From: an uncultured virus (IMG/VR IMGVR_UViG_3300036791_001015)
Lineage: Duplodnaviria; Heunggongvirae; Uroviricota; Caudoviricetes
DNA length: 64,000 bases
Strand: one strand, 5' to 3'
IMG/VR virus record: IMGVR_UViG_3300036791_001015
Positions 1 to 11,311 of this stretch are shown here, in pieces (position 1 is the first letter of the stretch; the number at the start of each line of letters is the position of its first letter). Both the position numbers and the translations under genes were made by a program. The notes beneath the pieces are model-generated. The model was not told the DNA's origin and did no database searches. It saw nothing but the letters and a program-made list of their open reading frames with translations.

Positions 1-1595
<1,595 letters not shown>

Positions 1596-1603
<8 letters not shown>

Positions 1604-1775
1604 GACGGCTATCCTCCAGCGCCTCGTTTATCCGCGCCTCGTTTTCGCCCCGCACATCGAGCGCTTCGTTCATTCGGGCAACATCGAACATGTCGAGCGT
1701 GCCATCGACCAAGCTCTCGTATTTGCACAGCCCTTCGAGAACCGGACGCATGATCCAGTCCTCTTCCTCGTTCAT
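1596..1775 (-). CDS. Small tail chaperone partner (T part of a G/GT pair), 59 aa
   Basis: Hand translation MNEEEDWIMRPVLEGLCKYESLVDGTLDMFDVARMNEALDV...; ATGA overlap with the upstream gene; position between chaperone and tape measure. Confidence 0.75.
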
Positions 1776-2212
1776 TGCGACAAAACGGACGGAGATGGGG
1801 AGACCGCGTTGTCCAAACCGTTGGGCTGGCTGCCGGGAAAAAAACTTCCGAGGTTATCCTGCAACACAGCAAAGGACAGTTGCAGCATGTCGGACATCTC
1901 CAGATCGTCAAACATCATCGTGCCCGCAGGCGTCATCAACGGCACCCAGTTGCGCCCGTTAAACAACGAGACCGCCGACAAGCAGGTCTTGAGGCACCAT
2001 TCGCTGTCCTCGGTTGACATCTCCGCGACGGCTTGCGCCACCGGGCCAAGCGCGTGCCAGAAATTGCTCTGATCGACATTGGCAGGCATCTGCGCCCAGC
2101 TTTCCCCCAGCCCCGAGAACAGCGGCATCAGCTTGCGCACCAGATGAAACTGCTTAAAAGCGTCGAGCTTCCCCGTGCGGTACTTGCGCCCGCTAAATTC
2201 CACCTCTTGCAT
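1772..2212 (-). CDS. Tail assembly chaperone
   Basis: YRTGKLDAFKQFHLVRKL N-terminus; lies between tube and tape measure; slippery T7 run near the 3' end. Confidence 0.8.
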   Translation of the reverse strand: MQEVEFSGRKYRTGKLDAFKQFHLVRKLMPLFSGLGESWAQMPANVDQSNFWHALGPVAQAVAEMSTEDSEWCLKTCLSAVSLFNGRNWVPLMTPAGTMMFDDLEMSDMLQLSFAVLQDNLGSFFPGSQPNGLDNAVSPSPSVLSQ

Positions 2213-2249
2213 GATCTTCCTCCCTATTCGTCACCAATTTGGTGACGAA

Positions 2250-2714
2250 TTACGCAACGCCCGCCGGCACCGCGATCCCCGAGCCGAGGACAAAGTCGGT
2301 GACACCAGCATGGAACGTCCACACCATTTCTCCGCCCTCTTTCGCGTATGTGATATCGGCGAATTTGGCGAATGCACACTGCTGCATGACGATCACGTCG
2401 TTCAGTTGCAGATCGCGCACCGAGATGGTGTTAAAACCGTAGACGCCGGTCGAGGCCGTATCGCGCGCATACATCTGCGACAACACCTGATTGGTCGGTG
2501 ATGTCTTTAAGAGGCGAACGGTAACGTTTGATCCCTTGCCCGCGTGCAGCGAATGCATAACACAGCCATCCGCGCCGATCGTCATCGTGCTTTTGTCCTC
2601 GACCATCGTGATCGAGATACCGCCATCACTGGCGCACGATCCCGCGCCAAGCGTTACCGTGCCGTTGGGACCGGTGATCGAGGCGACAATGTCTTGAAAG
2701 GAGTATGTGGCGAT
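2250..2714 (-). CDS. Tail tube protein (DUF3277-like), apparent ATC start
   Basis: Frame extends upstream of the track ORF as (I)ATYSFQDIVASITGP...; AGGAGG RBS 5 nt before ATC; TIGADG motif. Confidence 0.8.
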   Translation of the reverse strand: MATYSFQDIVASITGPNGTVTLGAGSCASDGGISITMVEDKSTMTIGADGCVMHSLHAGKGSNVTVRLLKTSPTNQVLSQMYARDTASTGVYGFNTISVRDLQLNDVIVMQQCAFAKFADITYAKEGGEMVWTFHAGVTDFVLGSGIAVPAGVA

Positions 2715-2726
2715 TTTAGCCTCCTA

Positions 2727-3458
2727 TCACTTGGGTTGTACTGTACGACGACGAGGACCGCTTTTCTTGCGGTTATCTTCGGCGAACAGCGGTTGCAGAT
2801 TTGTGTAGTGGCAGGCTTCGAGAAACTGGTTTCGATCGGTGAGATCAAACGAGGCCAGCGGCTTCTTATGATCGACATGCCAGACCGGGCCGTAATTTTC
2901 CCAGGTCATGCCCGGCAGAAAACGAGCCTCAAGCCACGCCTTCAATTCCGTGGGCAAACAACCCAGATCACGTATCGCCGAGCCGCCCCTTAGCTCTCCG
3001 CGTACTACCTTACATAGGCGGCGGCGTAGGTAGGCCTTTAATTTGTAAACAACATCCGTCGCCAGTTTTTCTTTCTGCCAATCGCGCAAACGCGCCTTGA
3101 CCTTATCGAGATTGTTCTTGCGATAGGCGACGCTGCGCGCCATCTCGGTTTCCGGGTCTTGGTAATAAGCGACATGCCGCCTTGCACGCGCCTTTGCTCG
3201 AAGCACGTCGCCGTTCTCAGAATAATATTCCGCGAAGCGCAGGCTCTGCATCTTGGGATCGCGACGGGCGTTGGCTTCCTTGACTTTATCTGGATTGCGT
3301 TCACCCCAACGCGCCGTAGCTTCTCGCTCACATTCGCGGCAACCACGGCTAGCTACGCGCCTCTCAGCAATGTGGCCACGCGGGCACGGCTTACCCGTAA
3401 AGTAAGCCGTAAGCCCCTTCTCGACCGCTCTCTGCCGCGATATAATTACGTAAGCCAT
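2727..3458 (-). CDS. Free-standing HNH homing endonuclease
   Basis: YFTGKPCPRGH..CREC Zn motif; WHVDHKKPL...HYTNLQPLFAEDNRKK HNH motif. Confidence 0.85.
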   Translation of the reverse strand: MAYVIISRQRAVEKGLTAYFTGKPCPRGHIAERRVASRGCRECEREATARWGERNPDKVKEANARRDPKMQSLRFAEYYSENGDVLRAKARARRHVAYYQDPETEMARSVAYRKNNLDKVKARLRDWQKEKLATDVVYKLKAYLRRRLCKVVRGELRGGSAIRDLGCLPTELKAWLEARFLPGMTWENYGPVWHVDHKKPLASFDLTDRNQFLEACHYTNLQPLFAEDNRKKSGPRRRTVQPK

Positions 3459-4990
3459 TGATAAATAAAGGCTTGCATCGTAACACCTAAACCAACCGCC
3501 GCCAACAAGGCCCGGTTGACATTGATGAGCACATTTGCGAAGTGAATTGCCCCGGCCAACTTCACCGCAATCTGGATCAGCGGGGCGATACGGGCTTCGC
3601 GATCGGATTGCGCCTGGGTATCGACCGAATTGGCAAAGGTGTACCAGCCATTCGCCAGATAATCGCCATAGGCCAGCGTGCCAAAGCCAGGGGCATTCCA
3701 CACGCCCGGCGCGATCAAACCGTTGATCACCCCTTGTGACAGACCACCATCGGCCTTGTTGACCAACATATGCACACCGGGATTGGTCTGCGGCACCTTT
3801 GGTGACTGATAGAGCAAATTCCACATATCGTTCTGGATGCGGTTGGCTAACCAATCCAAGCCGTGGATTTCGTCCCAGTAAGCGCGACCGGACATCACGC
3901 CTTCCTCAACGATCGATGTGCCGTTGTTGTACTGGACGTAGGTATTACACCGTTTATTGGCGAGCGTTGAGGCCTGCGCGCCAGTGAGCAGTTCTGGGAT
4001 GACACCGGGCTGCACCTTGAATTTCGCCGTCAGCGTGGTGTTCGATCCCTCAAAATTGACCGTCAGCACGCGGCCAAAGAATGAGGCGATCGCGTAGGCA
4101 TTGGTGATCGAATATTGCAGCACAGTGCGCATGTAATCGGCCAGCATCGCCTGACTGGCGAGATCGGTGCTGTTGGTCGGATCAAGCGTGATCGCCTCAG
4201 CCGTCGTCGCCCCATAGACATGCTTATCCGCCGCCGCCTCGATATAGGCCGAATTGGCAAGGTGCTGCGCATCGGTAAGGGCCACCGAGGCGGCAAACAT
4301 CGCGGCGTACCAACCACGCCCGTCCACCCGCGCCAGCGCCGCCACAGGCGTCTCCGGAGCCAGCCCCTGCGCGCTGCGCTCCGCCAAGGCCGCTGTCATG
4401 TGAAGCTGCGCCGACAGATCGACGCCGGTCGTGGGCGCGGTGAGGAAGCCGACCGTCGATGTCACGCCCGTGGTGCCGCTGGTCATGATGAACTGTTGGC
4501 CATTCCAGATAAATGTCGCAGTCGGCACGCTGATCTGCACCTGCGTCTGGATAATCGAGGCGACACCGTTGAGATTGACCACGCCCGCCAGATTGATCCC
4601 GGTGATGTGGACCACCGCACCGCCATCAACGATGACATCAAAGGCCCCGTTGGCGACCGTCGTCCAGGCGCTCAGAAGCTGCTCGACAGGCGGTAGCGGC
4701 CCGCCGGTCAGGCGACCTGCCGTCGCGGTGCGCGCCCACGTCCCGATATAGAGAAGACTGGGCTGTGGTATCTGGCCAAAGAACAGGACCGCCGCGCTGT
4801 ATTCCGGCCCGGTGGTGCCAAAATCCCCGGTCACCTCCTCGATCGTGTTGTATTCGCGGATCGCCTCCCCCGCATCAACAATGCCCGTGTCGCCGAGGAT
4901 CAGCAGCGTATCAAAACGCGTCTGCGGGGCGGCCTGCGGGGCAAAGCTCACCTGAACATCAACCACGCGTGAAACGGATAAGCCCTGCAT
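3446..4990 (-). CDS. Contractile tail sheath protein (DUF3383-like)
   Basis: MQGLSVSRVVDVQV start with AGGAG RBS; DEIHGLDWL and KLAGAIHF motifs; precedes the tube gene. Confidence 0.85.
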   Translation of the reverse strand: MQGLSVSRVVDVQVSFAPQAAPQTRFDTLLILGDTGIVDAGEAIREYNTIEEVTGDFGTTGPEYSAAVLFFGQIPQPSLLYIGTWARTATAGRLTGGPLPPVEQLLSAWTTVANGAFDVIVDGGAVVHITGINLAGVVNLNGVASIIQTQVQISVPTATFIWNGQQFIMTSGTTGVTSTVGFLTAPTTGVDLSAQLHMTAALAERSAQGLAPETPVAALARVDGRGWYAAMFAASVALTDAQHLANSAYIEAAADKHVYGATTAEAITLDPTNSTDLASQAMLADYMRTVLQYSITNAYAIASFFGRVLTVNFEGSNTTLTAKFKVQPGVIPELLTGAQASTLANKRCNTYVQYNNGTSIVEEGVMSGRAYWDEIHGLDWLANRIQNDMWNLLYQSPKVPQTNPGVHMLVNKADGGLSQGVINGLIAPGVWNAPGFGTLAYGDYLANGWYTFANSVDTQAQSDREARIAPLIQIAVKLAGAIHFANVLINVNRALLAAVGLGVTMQAFIYQWLT

Positions 4991-5003
4991 GGGAAGTCTC
5001 CTT

Positions 5004-5606
5004 TTAAGCGGGACGGGTAAAAATAGCGGCGATCGGATCGAGAACTTCAAACACCGTCAGGGACATCTGCGTCAGTGTGGCGGTGCCCGCCTGGGCGCGG
5101 AAAGCCGCGTCAAACCAGTATTGCTGCCCGCTGATCATCCCGGTGAGGAGCGTGCTCACGCCAAACGGATCAAAGTCATTGGAGCGCGAGGACAGCATGC
5201 TCACCATATTGCCAACCAGTTGGCCGTTGGTGGTGGTGACCAGCGTGCCCACCGCAGGCGGCGCGCCCTGGCCCCATACCAGTTGCAGATCGCTGCCATT
5301 ACCGTTTTGGGTATTACCCAGCATCCCATCGAGCAAGAGGATCGCGCGGCTGTCATTGGTTGGTGTGATATCGACACCAATGCCCGCCGTTACAAAAGCG
5401 GGCGAATTGCTATTGGGCGGGTTCGCGGTGATTAGGGTCACCGCGATCTGCGAGCGCAGCTTCAGTGCGGCGATATCGGCTTGCACCGCCGCCAGCGCGG
5501 TTTGCAGATCACTGATCTCGTTGGCGGCGGTTCCAAAGTTATCACGCATATCAGCGGTATAAGCAGCGCCTTCGGCAGGCACCAGCGGATCGATATTTGA
5601 TGTCAT
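5004..5606 (-). CDS. Putative virion structural protein (short coiled coil plus beta-rich domain)
   Basis: 200 aa ORF coupled within the structural operon. Confidence 0.5.
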   Translation of the reverse strand: MTSNIDPLVPAEGAAYTADMRDNFGTAANEISDLQTALAAVQADIAALKLRSQIAVTLITANPPNSNSPAFVTAGIGVDITPTNDSRAILLLDGMLGNTQNGNGSDLQLVWGQGAPPAVGTLVTTTNGQLVGNMVSMLSSRSNDFDPFGVSTLLTGMISGQQYWFDAAFRAQAGTATLTQMSLTVFEVLDPIAAIFTRPA

Positions 5607-6298
5607 CGCGCGAAGTCCCAGATCGTGTCGCCGTCGTCCCAGCTTGTTGCCCCATCATCCCATTTGGTCTGAACCGGCGCGCTCTCCGCTGTAACGTCCC
5701 CGGTGTCGTACCACGTCTCCACTTCGCGCCCCTGGCTCTCGCCATAGATCGGCCCGCGTGCGCGCAACAGGTTGCGCACCAGATATACGCGGCGCACTTC
5801 GCGGTTGATCACGATCTCCAGATCGTAGCGGTCGCGCCATTGCTGACGAAAGAGTTCAGGGACGTGGGTGATCCGCTCCGCCTCAACGAGACCGACCGCG
5901 TTCTCACGCCAGCCCGCACGGTTCTGATCGACAAAGATGCCGTCGCGCAGGATCGCGATATTGTCCCCCGCATTTGGCCCGTAACACGATACGAGATAAT
6001 TCACCTGTTCCTGGCGACGTAACACGTCGTGACCGGGATCAGGGCTGGCGTAGTGGTGCATGTAGGGTTCGAAATTCGCCGTGCTGCGGGTAATCCCACA
6101 GGCCGCCCAATCAACCGAAACATCCGGTGTCGGCGGCGGATTGGGTTGCCAGCGCGGGCGAACCAGATTACCCGGCAACCCAATAATCCCGGCGACAGTC
6201 GCTTGCAGGAAATTGACCCAGCTAAGCTCTGTCAGTGTCTCGGTCGGCGAAGGACCGAGAAAGCCAGGATGTGTACTATCGGCGGCCCACGCCATCAA
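5603..6298 (-). CDS. Neck/tail completion (tail terminator-like) protein
   Basis: LVRPRWQPNPP motif; position upstream of the sheath. Confidence 0.65.
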   Translation of the reverse strand: MMAWAADSTHPGFLGPSPTETLTELSWVNFLQATVAGIIGLPGNLVRPRWQPNPPPTPDVSVDWAACGITRSTANFEPYMHHYASPDPGHDVLRRQEQVNYLVSCYGPNAGDNIAILRDGIFVDQNRAGWRENAVGLVEAERITHVPELFRQQWRDRYDLEIVINREVRRVYLVRNLLRARGPIYGESQGREVETWYDTGDVTAESAPVQTKWDDGATSWDDGDTIWDFAR

Positions 6299-6747
6299 TG
6301 CACCGTGCTAGCAGGCATCGGGTGCGGATCGGTTACGTTGTCGCCGCCCGAGGCTGGCGGCGGCGGATCGACCGCGTTGATCGAGACCGCGACGACGTGG
6401 ATAAAGCCACGCCCATAACCCGCGTAATCATCCAATGTGCGCACGACATAGACACTGCCATGCCAGTAGATGTGGTCGGGATGGGTAACGACGTTGCCCA
6501 ATTCGTCGGTCGAGGTGCCCTGAAAGCGGAACGGCGAATAGACATCGATCGCCTTGTTGAAATATTCCTCTTCCGGCACGCGCTGCAATTCGTTGGGGCC
6601 GGCGGCGGTCACCACCGCACGTGTGGTGATCGAGCTTTCAGTGGTCTGCCCCCGCCCATTGACATCGGTAACGACGGTGCGGCGGACGACGACGATATTG
6701 TCCCAGAATGATGGGTCAAATGCATCGTTAACGTCGTGGAAAGGCAT
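6295..6747 (-). CDS. Head closure / head-tail adaptor protein
   Basis: ELQRVPE and DHIYWHGSVYVV...DYAGYGRGF motifs; neck synteny. Confidence 0.65.
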   Translation of the reverse strand: MPFHDVNDAFDPSFWDNIVVVRRTVVTDVNGRGQTTESSITTRAVVTAAGPNELQRVPEEEYFNKAIDVYSPFRFQGTSTDELGNVVTHPDHIYWHGSVYVVRTLDDYAGYGRGFIHVVAVSINAVDPPPPASGGDNVTDPHPMPASTVH

Positions 6748-6880
6748 GGCCGTTCCTTAGCGAGACGAGGACAAAACTGCCGCCAAGGGCAATAACAAGG
6801 CTGGTTGCGAGACCGCTGGGGACGACAAAGGCCAGGAGGATGCCAAGACCAACACCCACGGCAAAGCCAACGAACTTCAT
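6728..6880 (-). CDS. Small hydrophobic membrane peptide, 50 aa
   Basis: Hand translation MKFVGFAVGVGLGILLAFVVPSGLATSLVIALGGSFVLVSLRNGHAFPRR; GGGAGG RBS. Confidence 0.55.
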   Translation of the reverse strand: MKFVGFAVGVGLGILLAFVVPSGLATSLVIALGGSFVLVSLRNGHAFPRR

Positions 6881-6894
6881 CGATCGGCCTCCCT

Positions 6895-7518
6895 TTAATC
6901 CTCCTTGATGACATAGGAGATCGAATTCAACATCTGGGCGGTGTCAACGAGGGGAGTGACATCGGCGCTCGTCATCGCCTGTCGCGATGGCGTTCTGCGG
7001 CGGCGCGCCGCCACCGTGCGCTCCGAGAGCCTTGGCTCAAGCCCCGCGACGATGCGGTTCTTGACCGCCGAGACCGCTGTCGTCCCCGCCGCGTGCAGCG
7101 CCTTATACATGGTCGTCGGATCAAACGGCTGGACCGTGCCCGGTGCAGTCCCCTGGCGAAAGGTCAGCGCCGCCTGCCCCGCCTGCTGCATATAACGGAG
7201 CCACTGGTCCTTGCTCTCTTCAACGCCCGGCCCCAGCCACGGGCGCGCCGGGATGTTTTGGCTGGGCGCGCCGTGTTCGTGGATATAACCCAGTGTGGCG
7301 TTGCTCTGGATGCCTTCGCCGCCACTGCGCGCTTCGGTCTGCGTCGCACGCTGACGCTCATTGTAATGCGGTTGATCGGTATCGCTGGGTATCCCGATCA
7401 GCACCTCGATCCGGCCCAAGGCATCAAGCGCCTGGGCCAGTTCGCGTGTGTGGTCCTCTTCGAGCGTCGCTGGCCCGTGCAGCGGGACCTGCGGCTGGTT
7501 GGGGGGCAGCGGCGGCAT
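6895..7518 (-). CDS. Neck protein (virion morphogenesis family)
   Basis: NATLGYIHEHG..NIPARPWL and PLVDTAQMLNSISY motifs. Confidence 0.75.
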   Translation of the reverse strand: MPPLPPNQPQVPLHGPATLEEDHTRELAQALDALGRIEVLIGIPSDTDQPHYNERQRATQTEARSGGEGIQSNATLGYIHEHGAPSQNIPARPWLGPGVEESKDQWLRYMQQAGQAALTFRQGTAPGTVQPFDPTTMYKALHAAGTTAVSAVKNRIVAGLEPRLSERTVAARRRRTPSRQAMTSADVTPLVDTAQMLNSISYVIKED

Positions 7519-7519
7519 C

Positions 7520-7852
7520 TTAGTGGAAGACGCCTGCGGTCGGCTTTAGCCCAAAGCCGGGATTGCGCTGTGGCAGCAGCGGCGATGACGGCTTGGGATC
7601 GAGCGCGAGATCGGCGGCAAGGACCGCCTCCAACTGCTTGACCACATCGGCATGCATCTCGGCGAGCTTCTCGGCGGCGGATTGCAGCGGCTTGGGGGGA
7701 GCCGCAGCCGCCCCGGTCGCCCCACGCGGCGGATGCGCAGGCGCGGGCGGCTTTTCTTCCTTCTCCTTCTTCACCTCATCCGCGTAATAATCCCGCGTTT
7801 GCTCATGATATTGGATATTGCGCACCAGCTTGGCCCGCATGTTTGGTGTCAT
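7520..7852 (-). CDS. Hypothetical protein
   Basis: 110 aa ORF with GGAGG RBS in the operon. Confidence 0.55.
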   Translation of the reverse strand: MTPNMRAKLVRNIQYHEQTRDYYADEVKKEKEEKPPAPAHPPRGATGAAAAPPKPLQSAAEKLAEMHADVVKQLEAVLAADLALDPKPSSPLLPQRNPGFGLKPTAGVFH

Positions 7853-7864
7853 CGTGTCCTCCTG

Positions 7865-8644
7865 TTAACCGGGACAGCCGATCATGTGGATCGGCGCGGC
7901 ACCGGCAAGCCTGAGATAATAGAGATACTGGTTGCCCCACGGCGTCAGGCCCCACCAACCGGCATTCGCTTCCATACCAAGCGAATTGTCGTAACTGAGC
8001 GATACACCGCCGACTGATCTGCTTGCCGCGACGCCAGAACCAACCAATGGCGTATAGCCATAACCGGGCGTTCCGGTGGTAATCCCAGGCGGGCCAGCCC
8101 GCTGCGTCATCATGTCGGCAACGGCGAGATTGTGCGCCACGAAGAGATTGAGGCCAAGCACAAAAAACTGGCCCCAGCGCACCGGATCGATCGCGTAGGA
8201 CATGTTGGGGGGCGAGCAGGCGATATTGATCCAATACTGGATCGTCGCATCGGGAAACCGCGCAGTATCGGCAAAGGCTGGATAATCGACGCGAAACTGC
8301 CCGACCGTCAGATAAACATCATTGGACGGCGTCGAGCTACAGAGCAGCGTCGCCATATCCGAGAGCACGCGCGTATCGCTCAGCGTCACATCGGCGGTGA
8401 TATCGTAGATCACACCGTCGATCATGTTGCCCAGCAAGGCCGATGTCTTGTTTGAGGAGAAGGTCGGTGTGACGAGGATGCGGCTTGCGGGGCTGGGATC
8501 GGGGACCGGCGACGAGGCATCGACCGTTACTGTCCACACCGCAGCCGTGATCGTCCCGCCCATCGCGCCGATCTGCGCGGTGAAATCGAAGACAAAGAAA
8601 TCGCTCGCTGGCGCGGGCTTGATCGGACCAAAGGCATCCGCCAT
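7865..8644 (-). CDS. Head-tail connector (DUF4054-like) with an extra N-terminal beta domain
   Basis: FRVDYPAFAD, LFVAHNL, SRSVGGVSLSYD and WWGLTPWG motifs in the C-terminal 150 aa. Confidence 0.75.
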   Translation of the reverse strand: MADAFGPIKPAPASDFFVFDFTAQIGAMGGTITAAVWTVTVDASSPVPDPSPASRILVTPTFSSNKTSALLGNMIDGVIYDITADVTLSDTRVLSDMATLLCSSTPSNDVYLTVGQFRVDYPAFADTARFPDATIQYWINIACSPPNMSYAIDPVRWGQFFVLGLNLFVAHNLAVADMMTQRAGPPGITTGTPGYGYTPLVGSGVAASRSVGGVSLSYDNSLGMEANAGWWGLTPWGNQYLYYLRLAGAAPIHMIGCPG

Positions 8645-8645
8645 C

Positions 8646-9836
8646 TCAGGCCGCCCTCTTGGTTGGAGAAACCGTCACGCTGCGCGGGCCGCTACCACCA
8701 CCAACAATGCGACCAGCGGCACCATTGCCTGCGACGCGCCCGCCATTCGAGGCAACGACAAGCCGATCGTTGGTCTCGGAGGTGATCCGGTCATAGGGGA
8801 CAGCGGGGATTTCCCCTGGAACAGCGGGTATCCTGCCATCGCCCCTGCCTTCAATCGCCGCGCGATCGAGGGGATCGGTAGCCGCCAATGTCCCACTGAG
8901 AGGAAGCGGAATAGTACCGGTAAAGGCCGCCGTATCGTGGGCGTCGGTTGCTGCGAGCGTGCCAGCAATGACCACGCCGCCACTCATCACGCTCTTGTCG
9001 GTGGTCTCGGTCGCGGCCAGCATACCGCTCGGCGGCGTCAGCGTGGCCGCCACGCCGATCGCGTACATATAGGCGGCGACATGATTATAAAGATTAAACT
9101 GATCGGCTGCGGTCAGCGCCCCGCCGACATGCAGCGCCGCGATACGCCCGCCGGTAAAGACGCAGACCGATTGCGGCGTGTTATCATCACTGCGATTGCC
9201 AATAAACAATCTGGCATTGGGCAACGGCAGCGAGGCCATCCCGCCATCGCTTACCGCCAGTGTACCGTTGACATAAGCGGCCTGCGTAAGCGGATCGGGT
9301 CTTACCGTGCTGATAAAGCCTGTGTTGTTGGGGATGACGTACCGCGAATAGCTCCCGCCACCAGTGGCCATCCGCGTTACCCAATAACCACCATCACTAT
9401 TAAATTCGATCTGGACGAGGCTGGCAGCAACCGATCCATAACTGCCTGCCGCCTCCGGATAAGTCCCGCCGATCTGATTGGGTGGCGTCTCGACCCAAAC
9501 CGATAAACTATTGTCGTTTTGCAGGAAGTGGCCGCTCGCCGTGGCAGGATTAAAATTGGTGTCGATATAATCCGCTACCGTAATCCCCCCATAGCCACGA
9601 TCGACCGTAAAAACCGGTGCGCCGATCTTGGTTGTCGCCAATCTGCCGATCAGATCGATCCGTGCGCTTGGCTCGTTCTCGCCCGCCAACAGCCATAACC
9701 GGTCGAGCTTACCCCAAACCGCATCGTTCTTGAGACCGACAACAAGCGCGTCAACCAGCGCCTCACGGGCGGCGCTGACACTACCGCCATTATTGGTAAC
9801 CTGTCCCACCCAGGCCGTTGTGTCTGGATCGGCCAT
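8646..9836 (-). CDS. Putative virion surface / fibre-like protein
   Basis: 396 aa beta-rich ORF; GTLAATD repeats near the C-terminus. Confidence 0.55.
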   Translation of the reverse strand: MADPDTTAWVGQVTNNGGSVSAAREALVDALVVGLKNDAVWGKLDRLWLLAGENEPSARIDLIGRLATTKIGAPVFTVDRGYGGITVADYIDTNFNPATASGHFLQNDNSLSVWVETPPNQIGGTYPEAAGSYGSVAASLVQIEFNSDGGYWVTRMATGGGSYSRYVIPNNTGFISTVRPDPLTQAAYVNGTLAVSDGGMASLPLPNARLFIGNRSDDNTPQSVCVFTGGRIAALHVGGALTAADQFNLYNHVAAYMYAIGVAATLTPPSGMLAATETTDKSVMSGGVVIAGTLAATDAHDTAAFTGTIPLPLSGTLAATDPLDRAAIEGRGDGRIPAVPGEIPAVPYDRITSETNDRLVVASNGGRVAGNGAAGRIVGGGSGPRSVTVSPTKRAA

Positions 9837-10210
9837 TATCCGTGGGTGATCGTGCCAGCGGTAATCGTCACCGTCTGACCATTCGAGATCGCGGTCGAAT
9901 TGAGATTGATATCGCTGCCCGTTGTACCGACCGTCAGATTATTGACGATGACGTTGGCGTTGCTGTCCTTGATCCTCGCCGCCGCCGCTGTGCCAGCACC
10001 GCCTGCGGTGCCGGATTTGGGGACGCCTGCCAGCGTAATCGCCTGCGCCGCTTCAGTAAAACTTGGCTTACTAAGCGTAATGATGCAAAGGACAACGGCA
10101 TAAGCCGCCGTGCAGATTTCCAGCGTCCCCACCCCCGTGCCCGCATCGATCGCGGTGATGACACTGGTCATCCGCGTATCCTTGAGGGCATTGGAATAGG
10201 TAACGGCCAT
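9836..10210 (-). CDS. Putative virion structural protein
   Basis: Thr/Ala/Gly-rich 124 aa ORF; ARIKDSN..V..GTTGSDINL pattern. Confidence 0.6.
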   Translation of the reverse strand: MAVTYSNALKDTRMTSVITAIDAGTGVGTLEICTAAYAVVLCIITLSKPSFTEAAQAITLAGVPKSGTAGGAGTAAAARIKDSNANVIVNNLTVGTTGSDINLNSTAISNGQTVTITAGTITHG

Positions 10211-10702
10211 TTAACGCCCCTTGCGTGCCCAGAAGGCGCGGTTGCGGATATTCTGGTTGTGCAGGCTGTCGCCGACCTGAACACCGCTATAGGGGATCAC
10301 CGGACCGGTATTCTTTCCTGGGTTCCCAGGCGACGACAGATTATTCATCGGCGGCGTCGCGCTCTTGATCTCCTTCTCGGACACGTCCTCGTCCATTGTC
10401 GTCGGTGCGGAGGTCATGCTGGCGGTGGTGGTGGAAGCCGTAGGCATCGATGTCGTCGTCATCATGTCCTGATCTTGCGACTTCAATTCCCGCTCGGCGG
10501 GCTTGATGCCATTCGGATTGCTCACCGTGCCCAGGAGATTGGGGCGACGCACGGGATGCGGGGCCTCCTCGCTGTCCTTGGCGTGGACGCCCTCGATCGT
10601 GCCCTTGTTCTCGCTCGCGTAGAACACCTCCTCGCCCTTTTCCTTGCCGTACTGCTCTTGCATCGCGGATTTGATTTTGTCGCCTTTCTCCGTCAGCGGC
10701 AT
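10211..10702 (-). CDS. Head-cluster protein (PLTEKG...YGKEKGEEVFYAS type)
   Basis: ATG at 10702 after GGAGG RBS; N-terminal motif recognisable from phage head clusters. Confidence 0.6.
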   Translation of the reverse strand: MPLTEKGDKIKSAMQEQYGKEKGEEVFYASENKGTIEGVHAKDSEEAPHPVRRPNLLGTVSNPNGIKPAERELKSQDQDMMTTTSMPTASTTTASMTSAPTTMDEDVSEKEIKSATPPMNNLSSPGNPGKNTGPVIPYSGVQVGDSLHNQNIRNRAFWARKGR

Positions 10703-10712
10703 AGCGGCCTCC

Positions 10713-11051
10713 TTATGGCGGCGGTGTAATCGGCGCAGCCTCGCCAACAATGCTGATCGTGCCGCCCACCGCCTCGCCTGCGATCACGGTCACATCGAGC
10801 AGGCAGACCAGCGTGGTGATGCCCGCCCCAAGATCGGCATCGGCGGTCGCGGTGACCTGACATTGGCCAATCTCGGTCGCGGAGGTGACCGTGCAGAGAT
10901 GATCATCGGCTGCATCGGCCTCGACCGTGACGATCGTCTCGTCACTGCTCGCCCAGACGATCGGGCCATCGACCTGCGCTTGGTGCCCGCCGCTATCGAC
11001 ATAATCAATTCGCGTGCCGACAAACATGCCAAACGGTAGCGTGTAGGCCAT
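10713..11051 (-). CDS. Ig-like domain protein
   Basis: VDGPIVWASSDETIVTV motif; AGGAG RBS. An upstream start is also possible. Confidence 0.6.
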   Translation of the reverse strand: MAYTLPFGMFVGTRIDYVDSGGHQAQVDGPIVWASSDETIVTVEADAADDHLCTVTSATEIGQCQVTATADADLGAGITTLVCLLDVTVIAGEAVGGTISIVGEAAPITPPP

Positions 11052-11311
11052 GCTCTGAACTCCTTTGACCGTAGCGGTAAAGCCTTCATAGCGGACGCTG
11101 ATGACAGCCGACCACGCGGGCGGCGCAGGGCGCAGCAAAAGCTCGATCGTCCCGCCCAGCGTCAGCGTCAGAGAACCGTTCATCGGAAAACGCCCCCGCT
11201 GGCCCTGGACGCGCGTCAAGGCGTGCCGCCAGCCGATAGGCGGCGTGGTCCATTGATACCCTCCAGCGGCCCGCAGATGCGGGCGCTGGGCCTATCTGCT
11301 CGTTGCTGAGG

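Noticed and set aside
2727..3520. Group I intron carrying the HNH gene
   Set aside because: Only ~50 nt lie upstream and a few nt downstream of the HNH ORF, and no downstream exon is evident.
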